A DNA stretch of 64,000 nt from positions 34,857,960-34,921,959 of the forward strand of contig JBOZIK010000001.1 in NCBI GenBank assembly GCA_051453625.1. Reading direction: 5' to 3'. The translations under genes and the position numbers were made by a program. Under the pieces are notes generated by a model. The model searched no databases. It saw only the letters and a program-made list of their open reading frames with translations, and was not told the DNA's origin. This DNA is from Welwitschia mirabilis. Taxonomy: Eukaryota. Below are positions 1-13,171 of this stretch, one piece after another (the first letter of the stretch is position 1; every line of letters starts with the position of its first letter).

Positions 1-258
1 AGTGAATATTTCGGATGTTTGCTATAGCATCGGTGTACCATTAACCTCTATAAGTATTTTCATTTCAGTTTTTTTTCCTTTTGTTTTTCACTAACCACTG
101 ATGTCTACTCAGTCATCCAGATGTCACAGTCAGATGACAGATTCCTTTTCTGTCTTTTCCCTGTTCTGTGTTTTTTGTCTGTGTCGTCTCAGGTATCGTC
201 TAGACAACAGACAGGACGATGATCAGGATAGCATTAAAACTAAATGATGAAGATCGGA
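1..258 (+). mobile_element. Fragment of an Athila-type 5' leader/LTR-associated sequence (isolated contig end)
   Basis: Carries the GTCRTCYAGAYGAC-type motif (agtcatccagatgtc, gtcagatgac, atcgtctagac) seen in the Athila elements of this window and loosely resembles 35420-35600. Confidence 0.4.
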
Positions 259-358
259 NNNNNNNNNNNNNNNNNNNNNNNNNNNNNNNNNNNNNNNNNN
301 NNNNNNNNNNNNNNNNNNNNNNNNNNNNNNNNNNNNNNNNNNNNNNNNNNNNNNNNNN

Positions 359-2401
359 AGCATCATATTGAATAAGATTCATGTCATAAACCATTAGAAA
401 ACTTTGTAATTATTTAATCTTGATTAAGTTAAAGTTTTTTGATTCTTTTATGGCTATTTTCTTAGGCCTATATTATAGAGTTAAAGATCTAAAAATCTTT
501 TGGATTATCATAGACTTTGGAAGATATTTATAAATGCTATGTATAGCATTTAATATGTTAGAAACTCTTGTGAAGTATTCATGTACTCTTTCTCCATTGA
601 TCATCTATAGATTTTCAAACTCATTTATCTAGATAAGAAGTTGTAATTACTTGATGATGGAGGTTGTTTCATACATCCTCATTAGAACATTTCATATTTC
701 TTATATAGTTTTAAATCTACCTATTTTATTGAATTCCTCCATTGTAAGAGCTAAGTAGAGAGCATTCTTTACTTTTGAGTTGTACATAAAAGTTGCCTTT
801 TTATTTATCTTCCTAGTTTCTTCTATGTTTTATTTGTGTAACCAAATTTCCTACAACATCTATTATTTTTTATAGGTTTTGAGTAACCATCATTAATGCT
901 TTGCCAAATCTAAAACTCATAAAATGGTAATTACACCTACATCCTTATCTTTAAATGGGCATAGTTAGTGATATTGAATAGTGGAGGTCTGATGGATGAC
1001 ACCCTTTTCATAGTTCACTCAAGGATATTACACCCTTTTTGTAAGTACCTACTCTAATACCACTTGAGAATAATTGAACTTAAAGGGGAGGGGTGAATGA
1101 AGTATACTAAAAATAAATTATACTAAAACAAATTAAACTTGTACAATAAATACTTTACCATATTAACATGGTTCCCCAACTTGGGTATGTTCACACATAG
1201 AGGGTAGCTTTTTCTAATACCTATGGATAATCTTAATATATAAAATAGGGATTTTGGAGTATTACCAACCTTACATACATTTTGAGATACTCCTATCAAG
1301 GTAGTAGTCTCTTCCCCTTAGGTATATATAATGACTCAAAATATAAACGTGCTTACAAGCACTTATAGAAGCACACACATATAAGGGTTGCCTTACAACA
1401 TGAAAATCCTAGCAAGAGTTATTATGAAAAAAAACAAATGGAATATAATAAGTATATTTAAAATTTAATATTACTATAATTTAAGTTTCAATAAAAATTA
1501 TAACAAATGAAATAACAAGCCTAAATAGATGTTTCTTTGATGAAGTACTTCAATTATTTCTTGTTATTGTCATCCATGAATGACAAAGATTAGAGTGGTA
1601 TATCTTTGTAAGAGTCACTGATCAAATGATGTATTCACAAATAGTCTTTCATAAAAGATAGCTGAAAGCTTCATGTATTATATCAATCATCCATGTGTAT
1701 CATTTTTTTCTTTTCTTTTTGTGTCCTTTATACTTTTGATGTCTTTCTTACTTTTTTCCTAGAGAGATACCCATTTAAAAACATGTAACTCCTATATAAC
1801 AGATAGAAATGATTGAGATTTAGATGTTTAATGGTTATTTTATTTTTTATAAATTTTTAGAATAGATGTCTTTGATATGATAAACATCTCTTCTTAGGCA
1901 AATATTTTCAACATGGAAGATGTCTTTAGTTAAACTGTCTACATTTTGATAAACATGAACTACAATTTCTATCATTCTTAGTAATTATGAATCTAAGATA
2001 TAAAACTTAATTCATCCCTAATATGTAGATAATTTATTATAATATAATTTGTTCCTCTTACTTCTTCTCCTTCAATATAGACATCTATAGTTATGTAAAC
2101 ATCTTTCAATAGTCAAAGCAATATAGACATCTTCAATATGATAGATGTCTTTTACCTATTTTAGGTTGTTGCTTTAGTATAGACATCTTTATCAATATAA
2201 ACATCCTTTTTTATGATGAAGTTTGGTTCAGAATAGACATCTTTCATATAGTAGACATCTTCACATATACAGACATCTTGCATTAGTTTTATTTTGGCAT
2301 TCATAAAATCTGAGTTGAACCTTCTATGTAATATAAACTTGAGGTTTAACTTGGGTTGAAAATTTTTGCCATTTGATGTTATCTAATTAGATCAACCTAC
2401 A
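359..2401 (-). mobile_element. Copia/SIRE element 1, 5' part (5' LTR, PBS, degenerate gag start), cut off by an assembly gap
   Basis: The minus strand from 1011 reads MKRVSSIRPPLFNITNYAHLKIRM (SIRE gag RPPLFxGxNYxxWK motif). The PBS-like TGGTATTAGAGT lies at 1062-1051. The LTR end has the C-rich ATTCACCCCTCCCC...CTCA signature. Confidence 0.85.
1065..2401 (-). repeat. 5' LTR of SIRE element 1 (~1.34 kb)
   Basis: The minus strand starts TGTAGGTTG at 2401 and ends ..TTCTCA at 1065 next to the PBS. It holds an internal array of AGACATCT/AGATGTCT motifs. There is no partner LTR in the window, so the 2401 boundary is inferred. Confidence 0.7.
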
Positions 2402-5283
2402 TAATAGATACATTACATTTGGTAAGCGGAGTTATCAAAATTGGAATTTCACTAATAAAGATGAAGGAGAATAAAAGTCCTTCATATGAGATACTACTAG
2501 CTAATAATATTTAAGGATTCACATGCATATGTCTTTTTATAAGTGTTAAAGTGAAGGAGCATTTACTCATATATTGGAAATTTCACAATAATGGATTCAA
2601 TCCATTAAGCTTTTTGTTATCTAGAAAATACATTTTATTGCACGTATTATTCCTTCTTCTCATGGAAAAAAATACATTTTGATTTGTCTTGGTTACTTCA
2701 CTGAGTGGGTTGAGAATGAGGCTATATCTCAATAGTATTCCTAAACAATTATTACCTTTTACATTAAAAATATTATTTATATATTTCAAATCCCCTAGAA
2801 GTCTTATTTCTGATAGAGAATCTTATTTTACTAGAAATGTTTTTATGAAACTTCTATCTAATCATGTAATCCATTATAAGATTTTTAATGCTTATCATAC
2901 CCAATTAAATTACTAAGATAATGTAACTAAAAAATAAATTAACAAAATATTAATAAAAATCATAACCATAAAGAAAATAGATTGGTCCAAAAAATTGAAT
3001 AAAGTTTTATAAGATTATAGAATAACTTGAATAAAGTTTTATAAGCTTATAGAATAACTTGAAAACATAGTACATGATTTATATCATATGAAATGGTTTA
3101 TAGAGAAAAGGTTATTTTGTTAATTAAATTTAATATAAAAAGCTTTAAAACAGATAGAGAACTAAAACAAAAAAATCTAAATAAGCTCATGAATAATGAA
3201 TATAAAATATGAATATCTTACGTAAAATTAAAAAAGAATCAGTCCTACATAAAGAGTTCATACAAGAAAAACAAACTAAGGTATATCATGATGATAAAAT
3301 AAGAAATAATCACTTCAAGATAGGAGATCCAATATTAGTCTATGATGTTAAAAATATCATTCAAAATAGGACTATAAACAAAATTATCTAGAATCCTATA
3401 CCATTACAAAAATTTTAGCAAATGAATCCATCAAAGTATATGATCCTAATGAAAATATAACTTACTGGATTAATGAGTAAAGAATATGAATATATCATAA
3501 AAATAGATCTTTTCTCCACTACCTAAGAAACTCCTATAGAATAGAGAAAATACTTCTACTCAACTTATAAATAAATTTTAATTAGGTAATAAAATCATGA
3601 TTATTTCTTTATAGTCGATATAGTCCATTGATTTATAAATCTCTTTAAGATCAATTTGAGTGATTTGAAACTGAGAACCTAATTTGATAAGTATTTAATA
3701 AGAGATTACGCATCATTCTTATGAATAGGAGTAAAGATACACATTCTATGACATGTCAAATTTTTTAATTTTATATTTTAAAAAAGGATATTAATCACAA
3801 TGTTCTACTGCAAGTGAACTAGAATAAATATTCGCAAGAGGGACCTTTTGTAGTGTAATATTGTAGCTGTAAGAACTCTATTGGAGGGTTAATTAGTTGT
3901 AATATAGAACTGAAAAATCTTGTGCATTTTGGATTCTCTGATAGTGGTTAAACTCTTATCATGGTGGTTAAATATTAGAGTTAAAACAATAATAAGTTAA
4001 GAAATAATTATGTCATAAGAGTTATTTAAGACATAACTAACTATTAAGACTACAATTGTCTATTACAGCTTACTATTATTTTAGAGAATGTTATCTTAGT
4101 ATGTAATGGAATGTGGATCGAGAAAGCTCTAGTTTAATTTTATTGTAACCATTTAAACTTTATTTTAGCTAAGAGTAAAAGCTTCTTTATTTTAAAATTG
4201 TTTAGATTTGCCTTGACAATTTGGTAAGTTGTTAAGAAGAGTTTTCTTTACTAAAACTATTATGATCATTTGTAAATAAGAAATAATTTTGAAATAACTT
4301 TATTGATAATAACAAATAGAAGCTTTATTAAATAATATATGTTATTACATCTTTAAAAAGAAGAACTCTATAAATCATAGTAAACTTTGGTTAAAATAAC
4401 TTAAGCCTAAAGGAAAAATAAGAAAGAAATCATATAACTATCATAAGTTTAGCTCTTAAAGAAACTACAAAATTTATTTTTCCTACTAGAATTCTTAGTT
4501 CTATAAAATCATGTAGAACTTTTAGAAGTGGGAATTAAGTGTATCTTACTTAATAATTCTGATAACATGTGTATTTCTTGAGCATTTGCATGTCATAAAT
4601 TCTTGTATGATTTTTCACTCCATATTGATCAAATTTTTTGTCTAATACTTGCATTTGCATAGCAAATTTTCCAAGGGAAATATTATAATCTAAGCCTCTT
4701 TAATTAACCTACCAATGTAGTTCTTCTATCCTATCCCTCCAATCCTTACCCACTAAGTGATGGATTATAGAATAAAATCTTAAAGGGATGATCCCATTTT
4801 TAAATCGTTCCTCATTATTTTTGTAATAAAGGTATCCTAGGTTTTTAGAACTTTAGTAATCAATTTATAACTAGTAAAGATAGAATAATAAACCTTATTT
4901 TCATACCTAATAATAATTTAAGATAACTCAGATTTTATGCTTCTAATACACATGTCTATCTAGGTGGAACCTAGATTAAAAAGATAATGTTTTACTTTTG
5001 TAACACTAGGAGTAGCAATACGGAAATGAGGAGGAGTGTATGCTATAGAGATTAGATATAAGAAGAAAAAAAATTATTTAGAGCTGATTTTAAAAAGACT
5101 CTAAAACTTAATGTAAAGAATGATGAATTATTTAATTAAGAATGAAATTTATACCAAGAAGTATTGTTTAAATTAATTAACAATGTAATCCATTGTAAAG
5201 TTTTCACTTACACATGTTTAGTAGGAAAGTGAAGTTAATAATCAAGGTCATATCTATCTCACATCATTTCATTGAGTATGACA
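2402..5283 (+). mobile_element. Gypsy Athila-type element A: degenerate integrase (about 2450-3500) plus 3' non-coding region, probably resuming at 14467-14743
   Basis: Reads PSSHGKKYILICLGYFTEWVE, SPRSLISDRESYF...HYKIFNAYHTQ and TKVYHDDKIRNNHFKIGDPILVY, matching the Athila rve core and C-terminus, with many stops and frameshifts. Confidence 0.8.
2995..3062 (+). repeat. 32-bp tandem duplication inside the integrase remnant
   Basis: ttgaataaagttttataag(a/c)ttatagaataac occurs twice head to tail with one mismatch. Confidence 0.9.
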
Positions 5284-6573
5284 TGAAAGAATCTAGAAAC
5301 CTAGAGAGGAAGAGGGGCGATGAATAGGATTTAAAATAAATAAATAAATTCACAAGCTATCTTCATAAGTATTAAATACTAAAATATTTATGCAAATGAA
5401 AAACAAATATAATTTAAAAGTAAATAATTAAAAGTACAAAAATACCAATGGAGATTAATACACAATTTATAGTGATTAAGAAAACCCTCTACTTTACTCT
5501 TGATGATCAACTTCTATCCAAGTGTGATTTAGATCTTCATTAGTCACTTTCTAGATATTTCAAATTCACCTGTAATGTTTATAATTAGACTTTTCAATGG
5601 ATAAGTCTCAACTTTTAGAGAGAATGCTATGCAATAAAAATGGCATACCATAATGCATATGTTCCACCAGATCTGAAGCTTAACAATGATATTGCTATAT
5701 TGCTTGAGATGATAGCACAATCCAAAAATATATAGTGCAAATTAATTGATCATGTACAAATGGTAATAAAAGATATTTATTACTCTTTGGTTAAATAGAA
5801 GATATGTCAATAAGTAGTCAAAAAGCCTATCAAAAAATATTCAACTATGATATAAAAGTTATTTAACAATTTTGATGGATGAAAAATGTATAGAATAAAC
5901 ATTTTAGAGTTTTACAAGTAAAATAGATTCTTTAATAGATAAAAATGAATGCTTAAATAACTATAAAAATCCCATTTTCCTCATGTTCACCCTCAAAATA
6001 TTTGATCAACTTCATTAAGTGCCATCACTAAAGTTAATCATCCTCATCTTCTTCTAGTCAACACAATTTTCTTATAGCTTCATGTCTAGTCGACCCCTTA
6101 GGGATCTATTTGATCACATATCTAGTTGATCATATTTTTGTCCAATTGATAACATGTTTAAAAAACTATAAAACAACATTTATGGCCTAGGTCTGGTTGA
6201 TTCCTTGGATGTCTAGTTAATTCCTTAATGACAAAGGATAGAAACATCTCATTCTAGGTCTAGTCGATCCCTATAAAATCTAGTTAACACCTTGATGTTT
6301 AAATGTAATAAATTTTTTGTTCAAGTCCAGTTGATCCCTTTGGAATCTAGTTGACCCCTCTATAATCTATTTCTAACACTTTATGGTTCAGGTTTAATCG
6401 ATTCTTTATGAATCTTGTTAATACCTCTTTGAGGTATGAAACTTATTAAGCTTTGTAATAAATGATTTTAGCTTATAACGTCTAAGAATTAATAATTTCT
6501 ACAAAGGATACAACATGTTTTGATAAATCAAAAATATTAGTTTAACATCAACTTAGTAAATTATAACTTAAAA
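5284..6573 (-). repeat. 3' LTR of SIRE element 2
   Basis: Aligns end to end with 13172-14466 (both begin tgaaagaatcta on +) and abuts the PPT (atctcctccttt on +). Confidence 0.92.
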
Positions 6574-7035
6574 ATCTCCTCCTTTGACATTAACGATATA
6601 CTATACTTAGTTGAAAATATTAATTGAAAAATCTCCCCCTTAGATTATACCCATTAGATTTGCAAAAGATTATAGAGCATATATATTAGATTAAACATTT
6701 AAAAAGGGTTTCCATATGGCATGTAATATCCATTAATACATGTGACAAAATCATAGTTTAAGAGATGTTTAATAGTTATTAATATATGTAACAAACTTAT
6801 GGTTCAAGATAAATGAAATGTAGATTAAATATTTAAGACAAAAATTAATATCAAATGCATTTTGGTACTTAATATTAAGTTGTACAACATAAAAAATGCT
6901 CATAAGAGCAATTACAATTAAGATAGACTAATGAGTACTACTAAAAATAACTGATAATGTCTAAAACTAAATGATAAAAGCTAAAAATACAAATAACTAT
7001 TTCTCCTGTTTTTAACATCAATGACAAAGGAGAAA
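6574..7035 (-). promoter_or_regulatory. Multiple polypurine tracts of SIRE element 2
   Basis: AAAGGAGGAGAT next to the LTR, AAGGGGGAGAT at about 6631-6642, and an inverted pair ttctcctgtttt...acaaaggagaa at about 7000-7034. Multiple PPTs are a known Sirevirus hallmark. Confidence 0.75.
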
Positions 7036-7086
7036 AAACCTAAAGATAAATAAGCATAACAAGAAAACACCAAAGAAAATAAGAAC

Positions 7087-8140
7087 TCAATCCGAGTCTT
7101 CTTCTTCTTCCTCTTCAGATTCTTCTTCAGAATCTGGGTTTTCTTCTTCCTCTTCTTTTTTAGTTTTCTTCTATGCTAAACTACTAGCTTCCTCAAAAGT
7201 TCAGCTAACTCATAATTTACTATGATCAGAGCCTTATTTATGTCCCTTGTCCAAGAATCTAACCTCTTAAGTACAAAAGAGTCTCTTTAGAAGAGACTGT
7301 TTTGAGAGAATAAGACTTAAAGGATTTATTAGATCTAGAAAAAATATGCATCCAAGATAAAGTTTCACACCTAATGGATGACATAGGAGTTAAGGTTTTT
7401 AAATTTGGATGCAACTAGATTCTAAAATTACAACAAATATTAGCAATCAAAACTATATAAGGAAGATCCCTAGTTTTGGGGTACTCTAACTGAGAGACCA
7501 TGTTTTTGAGCATAATGATAGAAGCATTAATAGTATGCCTAGTTTCCATCAAATATAATAAGTAGGCTCTATAGTTGGAGGTCTCATCATGATAAACAAG
7601 CAAAGGCAGAAATTATAAGTAAAAACCAAATGTAAAAAACTAGTATTTTGGGGTCAGGTAGGAGCTAGAGAGGGTGGTATTCCATTAATGAAACTTACCA
7701 CAGAGCTCACTAGAAACCTCTACCTTGGTCTTTATGAAAGCATTCAGGGGTCAAAAATCCTTATAATCTCCTTTAAGAAGGTTTTTGAGGGATGTAATGG
7801 GTTCTATAGTAACCATGATCTTACTCCCCAAAATAAGGGTTATTAAGATAGAAGAGTCAGCACCAAAAGAGGCATTACAATAAAACATGAAAATGAGGAA
7901 AGGGTAGGTTGGCCCTAAGAAATCAAGAAAGTAGTAATGATCAAGCTCATTTAAGAGTCTTACCAAATATCTAAGTCTTTTCAGTTCTTCAAAATCAATA
8001 GGCCTTTCTTAATAGATAGGTTTCTTATCAAACTTCTCTAAGAATCTATCTAAGGCTTCATCAGGTATTTTAGTATAAGAATACCCTAAATCTTTTCTTG
8101 ATAGCTTCTTTTAATGCCTTCTAGAAGGATCCTCTACTAT
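7087..8140 (-). pseudogene. Degenerate env-like/extra ORF of SIRE element 2 (~350 codons)
   Basis: Lies between pol and the 3' LTR. It includes ORF pieces 7751-7966 (..GPTYPFLIFMFYCN..) and 7415-7603, and ends in an acidic tail rich in Glu/Asp/Ser with a stop at 7087-7089. Confidence 0.7.
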
Positions 8141-8469
8141 TGAAAGAATGTGGTAATTTCTAAGGATAATAAGACTTGAAAGAGATAGCTAGATCTGAAG
8201 GAGACAGGGGGGTAGGTGTGAATGAAAAGGGTTAGGGCTTTGTAAGATTTTATAAAATAGTCCAATCAAGTCAAATTTAAAAAAAATATTAAGTCCATAA
8301 TCTTGACATTTTCATTATAATATTATAGGTCTAGTTAACTAGGTTATGATCTGGTTGACCCATTGAGACTTAGGTCATAATAATTCCAAGTCAGGTTGAC
8401 TAAGTTTTTAGACTAGTTAACCAATCAAGTCTACTCAATCAAATGCAATATCTTATTAATCATCTAGCC

Positions 8470-11400
8470 TTTAGTCTGAGGATAGAGAAACAACTCCTAT
8501 TTTGTTGTAAAGTTTTAAAAAGTTATCAAAGTTTAGAGGCTTAGTTAAAATATCAACAAGTTATTAATCAGTGCTAATAAATTCATTAAAATGTTAGCTT
8601 TATTCACTTGATCTATAAGGAAATGATTTCTTAATTTAATGTGTTTAGTTCTAGAATGTTGAATAGGGTTATTGCATATATTAATTAAACTTATATTATT
8701 TTAAAATTTTGAAACCTATTCAAAATCTACTCCAAAGTCTTTTAGTATTTCCTTCATCCACAGAAGATGGGTACAATAACTCCCTACTACTATATACTCT
8801 ACCTATACTATTAAAAGGGAGATAGAGTTTTGCTTTTTACTTGTCCATTCTACTAAGTATGATCCTAAAAGAAAGAAATTACCACTTATGATTTTTCTAT
8901 CATCTTTACACTCAACTCAATCTACATCACTAAAGCCTACAAGTTCAATAGATGTTTCTATAAGATACCATCATCCATAGTTACTTGTGCCTTTTATGTA
9001 TCTTATGATTCTTTTGATAGCTGGAAGGTGTGATTCTTTTGGTTAAGTCTGATATCTAGCATACATGGCAACATTAAATATTATATCAAGTTTTCTTGTG
9101 ATTAGATATAATAGACTTCCTATCATGCTTCTATAAAGTTTTTTATCTACTGATTTTCCATGTTCATCAAGACTAATCTTACAAGAAGTTGACATAGGTG
9201 GGTCGGTTGATTTAGCATTCTTTAGCCCAAATCATTTGACCAAATCCCTTGCATATTTAGATTGATATATAAAAATTATATGTTTTTTTATTTAATTTAA
9301 AGGCCAAAAAACATTATAACTTCACCAAGCATACTCATTTTAAAATGTGTTGTTATAATACTAGCGAAGTCTTTTAATAAAACTTCATTTGAGGATTCAA
9401 AAATTATATCATCTATATAAATTTGAATAATAATAAAGTCCTTTTTTAGATTCTTGAAAAATAATATTTTATCCACAGTTCCATGAATATAACCATTGTG
9501 ATTGAGAAATGTGGCTAGGTTTTACACCAAGCTCTTAGATCTTGCTTTAAAACATATAAGGCGTTTATGGATCTATAAAACCTTGAGGTTATTCCAGATA
9601 AACTTATTCATTAGGAGTTTTACTTAAAAAGGCACTTTTCACATCCATTTGATAAACTTTAATATTCTTAAAGGCTAGATAGGATAGAAACATTTTAATA
9701 TTATGTAGTCTACCTACAAGAGAAGAGTATCATCTACATTAATACCTTTAATTTAGTTGTAATCTTTTGCTACTAATATAGCCTTGTCCTTAATTATATT
9801 ATTTTGTTAATCACATTTATTCTTAAAAATACATTTCATACCAATAACATTTTAGTCTTTTGGTATTTTAACAAGTTTTCACACATTATTACTTTTGAAT
9901 TATTTAAGTTCATCTTACATGGACATCATCCATTCTTTGTGAAAGTCTGCTTTCTCAAAGTGTTTAGGCTCAATTTGAGAGACATAACATATGTGGGTAC
10001 AAAAATTTTTAAGAGAGTTCCTTGTTTGAATCTTTGAGCTAACATCTCTAATTATGGATCCTAAAGGATGATCTTCTATCTATTTAAACCTTTTAGAAGC
10101 AACTTCTTTAGTTGACTCTTCTTCCTTTTGGTTAAAGCTTCTTTTATTATGGGAGTGCTTGGAGATAAGTTTTCTTCATCATTCAGAGGAAGAGATCTTA
10201 TGGTAGTATCATCTATTTACACATTTATAGACTCTTCCATTGTTAGGTTCTTTTATTGAATACTTGATAGGCTCTACTTCTAATTAAATATTCCAAAAAT
10301 ATTTTTTTATCAACCTTTGATTCAAATTTACTCAAGTTTTTTCTATTTTTTAATACAAAGCATCTACTCTCAAAGACTTTAAAATATGAAATACCTAGTT
10401 TTCTTCCTTTCTAAAGCTCATAGGGATTTTTATCCATTCTTGGCCTAAGGTTGAATCTATTTATAATATAGCAAGCGGTGCTTACTGCTTTAGCCCATAA
10501 TGTTTTAAGAACCTCCTTATTATTTAACATTATTCTAGTCATTTCTTTGAGGACTTGATTTTTCCTCTTAGAAATTCCATTTTGTTGAGGTATCTTTGGG
10601 GTTAAGAATTGATGTTCTATACCATTATCTACATAATACATTTTAAATAGATAGTTTTTAAACTCTCCTCCATGATCACTTCTAATTTTCTTGATGGTGT
10701 TACCTTTCTCATTTTGTATTTTGTTACAAATTTTAATATAATGTTTATATGTTTTTAGCTTTATTTTCAATAAAATCAATCCATGTATATCTAGAATAGT
10801 CATCAACAATTGTTAATAAATATTATTTTTCACTTAGAACTTTTTTTTCTGGGCTAGACCAAGTAAGTTCAGATGAATAAGCTCAAGAGGAATTATTATA
10901 AAAACTAGTTTTTGATTTTGTAAGAAGTCCTAACTTGTTTTTATTCTTTACATGCATCATGAAGCTCATGTTTTTCAATGTTAATCTTGGGGATTCCTTT
11001 CATAATTTTATTTTTAATAATTGTTTTTAGATGATTTTAATTTATGTATCCTAAGTATTGATACCATAGCTCTTCTTGATTTACATGATAAAAATAACAT
11101 GTAAAAAAAGGCTAATCAATACTATAAACATTATCTATTCTATTTGCCATAAGAAGTACATCATTCATTTTTCCATGCCTAAATTTGCACCTTTTACTAT
11201 CAAAAATAACTTTGTGCCCTTCATCATATATTTGATTAATACTATATAAATTATGCTTAAGGCCATTAACATATAAAAATTCATTTATCTTAGTCATGCT
11301 ACCTCCATCAATGCTTTCAATTCCTTTGAACTTTTCTTTTTTATTATTACTAAATGTTACTTCTACTCCATCAAAGTCATCCATATGTTGAAATCTTAAG

Positions 11401-13105
11401 TTATCACATGTTATGTATTAAGAGAATCCACTGTCCAAGTAATAACTAGTTCCATTTGATACCTTGAAAGTTGTTTTATTTAAAAGACTTTCCAAATTGT
11501 CAACTCTTAGCCACTTAGTTATTTTGGATTTTTGTGATACATATCCCATTGAAACAAATTTAAAAGGAAAAGCACTAATATATATTAAAAAATCATTAAC
11601 TTTCTAGAATTACAAAATAACTTAGAATGATTTGACTTATTACAAAAATAACATGTAGTTTTTGAAATAAACTTGTTTTGCCATGTTACTTGATATGGCT
11701 AATTTTGTGGTCTTTGAGGGACAAATCCAATACCTTTTATGTTGTGAGATAGTTTTCATATCCTAAGCATCTATTCTAATTTAGTTGAACTATTTGAAAA
11801 TCTACTTCAAAATAAGACAAGCTATTTACCTCTTGAGTAAATTTGAAGTTGTTGATTTGAACCATTTTATACTTTCTCTCAAACTCACATTTTCATTGGT
11901 TAGAACTTTTAATATTTTGTTTACATCATTGATACATTTTGTAAATTTTTTACACTCTAAGTAAAGATCTTGGAAGGTATCTTTAAATTCATTTTGATCT
12001 TCTTCAATAAGATCTAAATCATTAGGTTTAGATGAGTAAGGCATGTTCTTTATGAAAGGAACTATTGCCATGAAAGAAAGTCTTTGGTCTCCATCTAAAT
12101 ATTGGCTTGAGCTACTATCATCTTCTTCATCTACATTATTTTATGTAGCAATTAAAGATGATATCTTTAATTTCATTTGATTTCTTTTGTTTTTTGGACA
12201 TTCATTTGCAATATGCCCATTCCCCTTATAAGCATATCATTGGATCTAATTTCCTTTTTCTTAATCTTTTCTAAATTTGGAATGGCTTATTTTTTATCCT
12301 TTTCTTGTTTTACCTTCTTTCTTTCTTTTGTATAACAATCTTTTCAATCTCCTTGCTAGAAGTGCAACTTCATCATCATCAAGGTCTTTGTCTAATTTTT
12401 TATATTTATATTCTTCCTGCATACTTTTTAAAGCAATACTTTTTGTTATCTTTAGTAAATTTCAACTCATAGTTTTGAAGATTATCTTGCAGTTCCTGAA
12501 GTATCATTCAATTAATGTTCTTTCTTTTTTCAATGGCTATGACATTTGGTTCAAAATATTTTGAGAGAGATATTAAACATTTTTGAACCACCTTTTCTTC
12601 TTACATTCTTTCACTTAGACTTACCATAGAATTTACAATGTTTGTTAGTCTAGCAAAGAACTCTTATAGTATTTCCTCCTCATTCATGCAATTGTATTGA
12701 AAATTAGAAATGAGAATCTGAAGTTCTGCCTACTTAATAGTAGATGTTCCTTTGTTAGCTATTTAAAAAATCCCAAGACTTTTTTACATGTTCATAGTTC
12801 ACGATCCCTTTGAACTCATCTGCACATACTACACAAAAAATTGCATTAAGAGCATGGGTGTCTAGGATAGCTTTTGATTTGTTAGTGAGGATCCATTTAT
12901 CTCAAGTTTTTTCTATTACTATGATGTTCCCATGGGCATTAGTTTTGGATAGTGTGGGCACAATGTAACCATTGTAGATTGCCTCCTCTATGTCTACATC
13001 TAGGGATCTAAAAAATATTCTCATATGGGCCTTCTAGTAGGCATAGTTTATCTCATCAAACATTGATGGTCAACTAGTAGAAATGACATTCAAAGGGTTA
13101 CTCAT
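8470..13105 (-). pseudogene. Degenerate gag-pol of SIRE element 2
   Basis: gag STS*PSMFDEINYAY*KAHM; zinc knuckle GHIANECP (~12200); protease YYLDSGFS (~11430); integrase IRSDHGGEF and PQQNG; RT QIYIDDIIF (~9410); RNase H GFSDVD..DRK and LVDILTKP. Confidence 0.95.
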
Positions 13106-13171
13106 ATTTATGGTTTAGTACTCTAGAAATGTTAGGATCTATCAATGACTCTATCTAGATTTAATGCTAAA

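Noticed and set aside
1820..2280. CRISPR-like spaced repeats
   Set aside because: The units are ~8 bp at an 18-bp period inside a plant LTR, with no 23-47-bp repeats, unique spacers or cas genes.
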